Shown here: piece after piece, positions 33,185-33,779 of the stretch
Numbering within the stretch: the stretch's first letter is position 1
Layout: every line of letters begins with the position of its first letter
Program-made: the position numbers and the translations under genes
Notes under the pieces: model-generated
The model's input: the letters and a program-made list of their open reading frames with translations, nothing else
Told to the model about the DNA's origin: nothing
Databases searched by the model: none
Assembly (NCBI GenBank): GCA_032718475.1
Contig: JAUCBJ010008836.1
Coordinates: 1 to 33,779 of the forward strand
Direction of reading: 5' to 3'
Source: Nemertoderma westbladi
Taxonomy: Eukaryota; Animalia; Xenacoelomorpha
DNA: 33,779 nt

Positions 33185-33779
33185 TATTTTGTGTTGGTTT
33201 TTATTTTTCCGTGAGTAGGGTTTGAATCCGTGACCATCCGTGTTACCTACTTTTTATAATTGCATTAGTAGGATTCGAACCCTGGTTTAACTTATTTTGT
33301 GTTGGATTTATAATGGTCGCGAGTAGGGATTGAACCTATGACCTCCTGTTTATTTTCCATAAAACGGGATACGAGTAGGGATTGAGCCCGTGACCTTCTG
33401 TTTTTCCTATTTTATGTTTAGTTTAGTTACTCTAGTTATTCTATGTTTACTTTTTATATTTTCATGATTAGGATTCGAACCCTGGTTTAACTTATTTTGT
33501 GTTGGATTTATAATGGTCGCGAGTAGGGATTGAACCCGTGACCTTCTGTTTTTCCTAATTTATGTTTAGTTTAGTTACTCTAGTTATTCTATGTTTACTT
33601 TTTATATTTTCATGATTAGGATTCGAACCCTGGTTTAACTTATTTTGTGTTGGATTTATAATGGTCGCGAGTAGGGATTGAACCTATGACCTCCTGTTTA
33701 TTTTCCATAAAACTGGATACGAGTAGGGATTGAGCCCGTGACCTTCTGTTTTTCCTATTTTGTGTTTAGTTTAGTTACT
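33185..33779 (-). repeat. Higher-order tandem array (148/200/348-bp periods) of tRNA T-arm / Pol III B-box-like motifs; runs off window
   Basis: GGATTCGAACCC (reverse complement GGGTTCGAATCC) at 33271, 33471, 33619; GAGTAGGGATTGAACCCGTGACC-type variants (reverse complement GGTCACGGGTTCAATCCCTACTC) at 33213, 33321, 33373, 33521, 33669, 33721. Confidence 0.85.

Larger units (their letters stand above)
26978..33779 (+). mobile_element. Endogenous Polinton-like/adintovirus-like element segment (boundaries unknown)
   Basis: pPolB plus tightly packed downstream ORF and repeat array; no capsid, ATPase, protease, integrase or TIR recognised in the window. Confidence 0.65.

Noticed and set aside
33185-33779. 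tRNA genes
   Set aside because: Only T-arm-like motifs; no acceptor/D/anticodon cloverleaf can be built.

Overview
Eukaryotic (most likely invertebrate metazoan), repeat-rich DNA. It holds two divergent BEL/Pao LTR retrotransposons. The first is on + with an uninterrupted ORF that runs off the left edge; the second is on - and is frameshifted by a 10-bp duplication. A BTBD3/BTBD6-like (BTB-BACK) host coding exon has had its exon end plus 5' splice donor amplified into a ~38-copy 41-bp tandem array, which is split by a non-autonomous 8-bp-TSD DNA transposon. A cluster of nested MITEs and a small Arg/Lys-rich gene follow. At the right end is a virus-like module: an E2F/NF-Y/RFX-type promoter, duplicated leader exons, a Polinton/adintovirus-type protein-primed DNA polymerase B, a divergent TBP-like ORF directly behind it, and an array of tRNA-T-arm/B-box-like repeats. 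The pPolB + TBP-like + B-box module, with the same 12-nt splice acceptor in front of each ORF, is the best candidate for an undescribed system. All calls come from reading motifs by eye; no searches were run.
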